DNA of 63,333 nucleotides, counting the filler, from Octopus bimaculoides (taxonomy: Eukaryota), in NCBI RefSeq assembly GCF_001194135.2. It is 5 parts of 5 records of this genome, joined end to end, with 100 filler letters (N's around TTAATTAATTAA, not from the genome) between each part and the next. Parts side by side here need not be neighbours in the genome. Positions count along the whole stretch, not along the records: positions 62,073 to 63,333 come from NC_068990.1; 4 more parts are not named here. One strand, given 5' to 3'. Positions 63,297 through 63,333 of this stretch are shown one piece after another. The notes under the pieces are model-generated. The model saw only the letters and a list, made by a program, of their open reading frames with translations, was not told the origin of the DNA and made no database searches. The first letter of the stretch is position 1, and the number at the start of each line of letters is the position of its first letter. A program made the translations under genes and the position numbers.

Positions 63297-63333
<37 letters not shown>

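Overview
AT-rich, gap-riddled animal genomic DNA, most likely an Octopus draft scaffold. This is inferred from cephalopod-type tRNA-derived SINEs, dense microsatellites and 100-bp N44-TTAATTAATTAA-N44 linkers. I recognise no host protein-coding gene, and nearly all long ORFs in the track are artefacts of N-gaps or microsatellites. Identifiable content is transposon-derived: about 35 SINE copies from several families, RTE-clade LINE fragments (one with a C-terminal block of at least 3 C2H2 fingers), a decayed DD34D mariner, a Helitron RepHel fragment, a Penelope-like relic and several MITE/foldback elements. Three signals stand out. (1) A tRNA-headed SINE-like element whose tail folds as a minimal type I hammerhead ribozyme, present as a young inverted pair at 46.2-47.1 kb, with a second, different hammerhead at 48.9 kb. 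(2) A 2.7-kb, 37-bp satellite with three zones whose central dyad changes in a compensatory way (ATGAA-A-TTCAT, ACGAA-A-TTCGT, AGGAA-A-TTCCT). (3) A tentative phase-compatible chain of short + strand exons between 3.7 and 23.8 kb. Repeat boundaries are read by eye and approximate, and family names come from motif recognition, not database searches.
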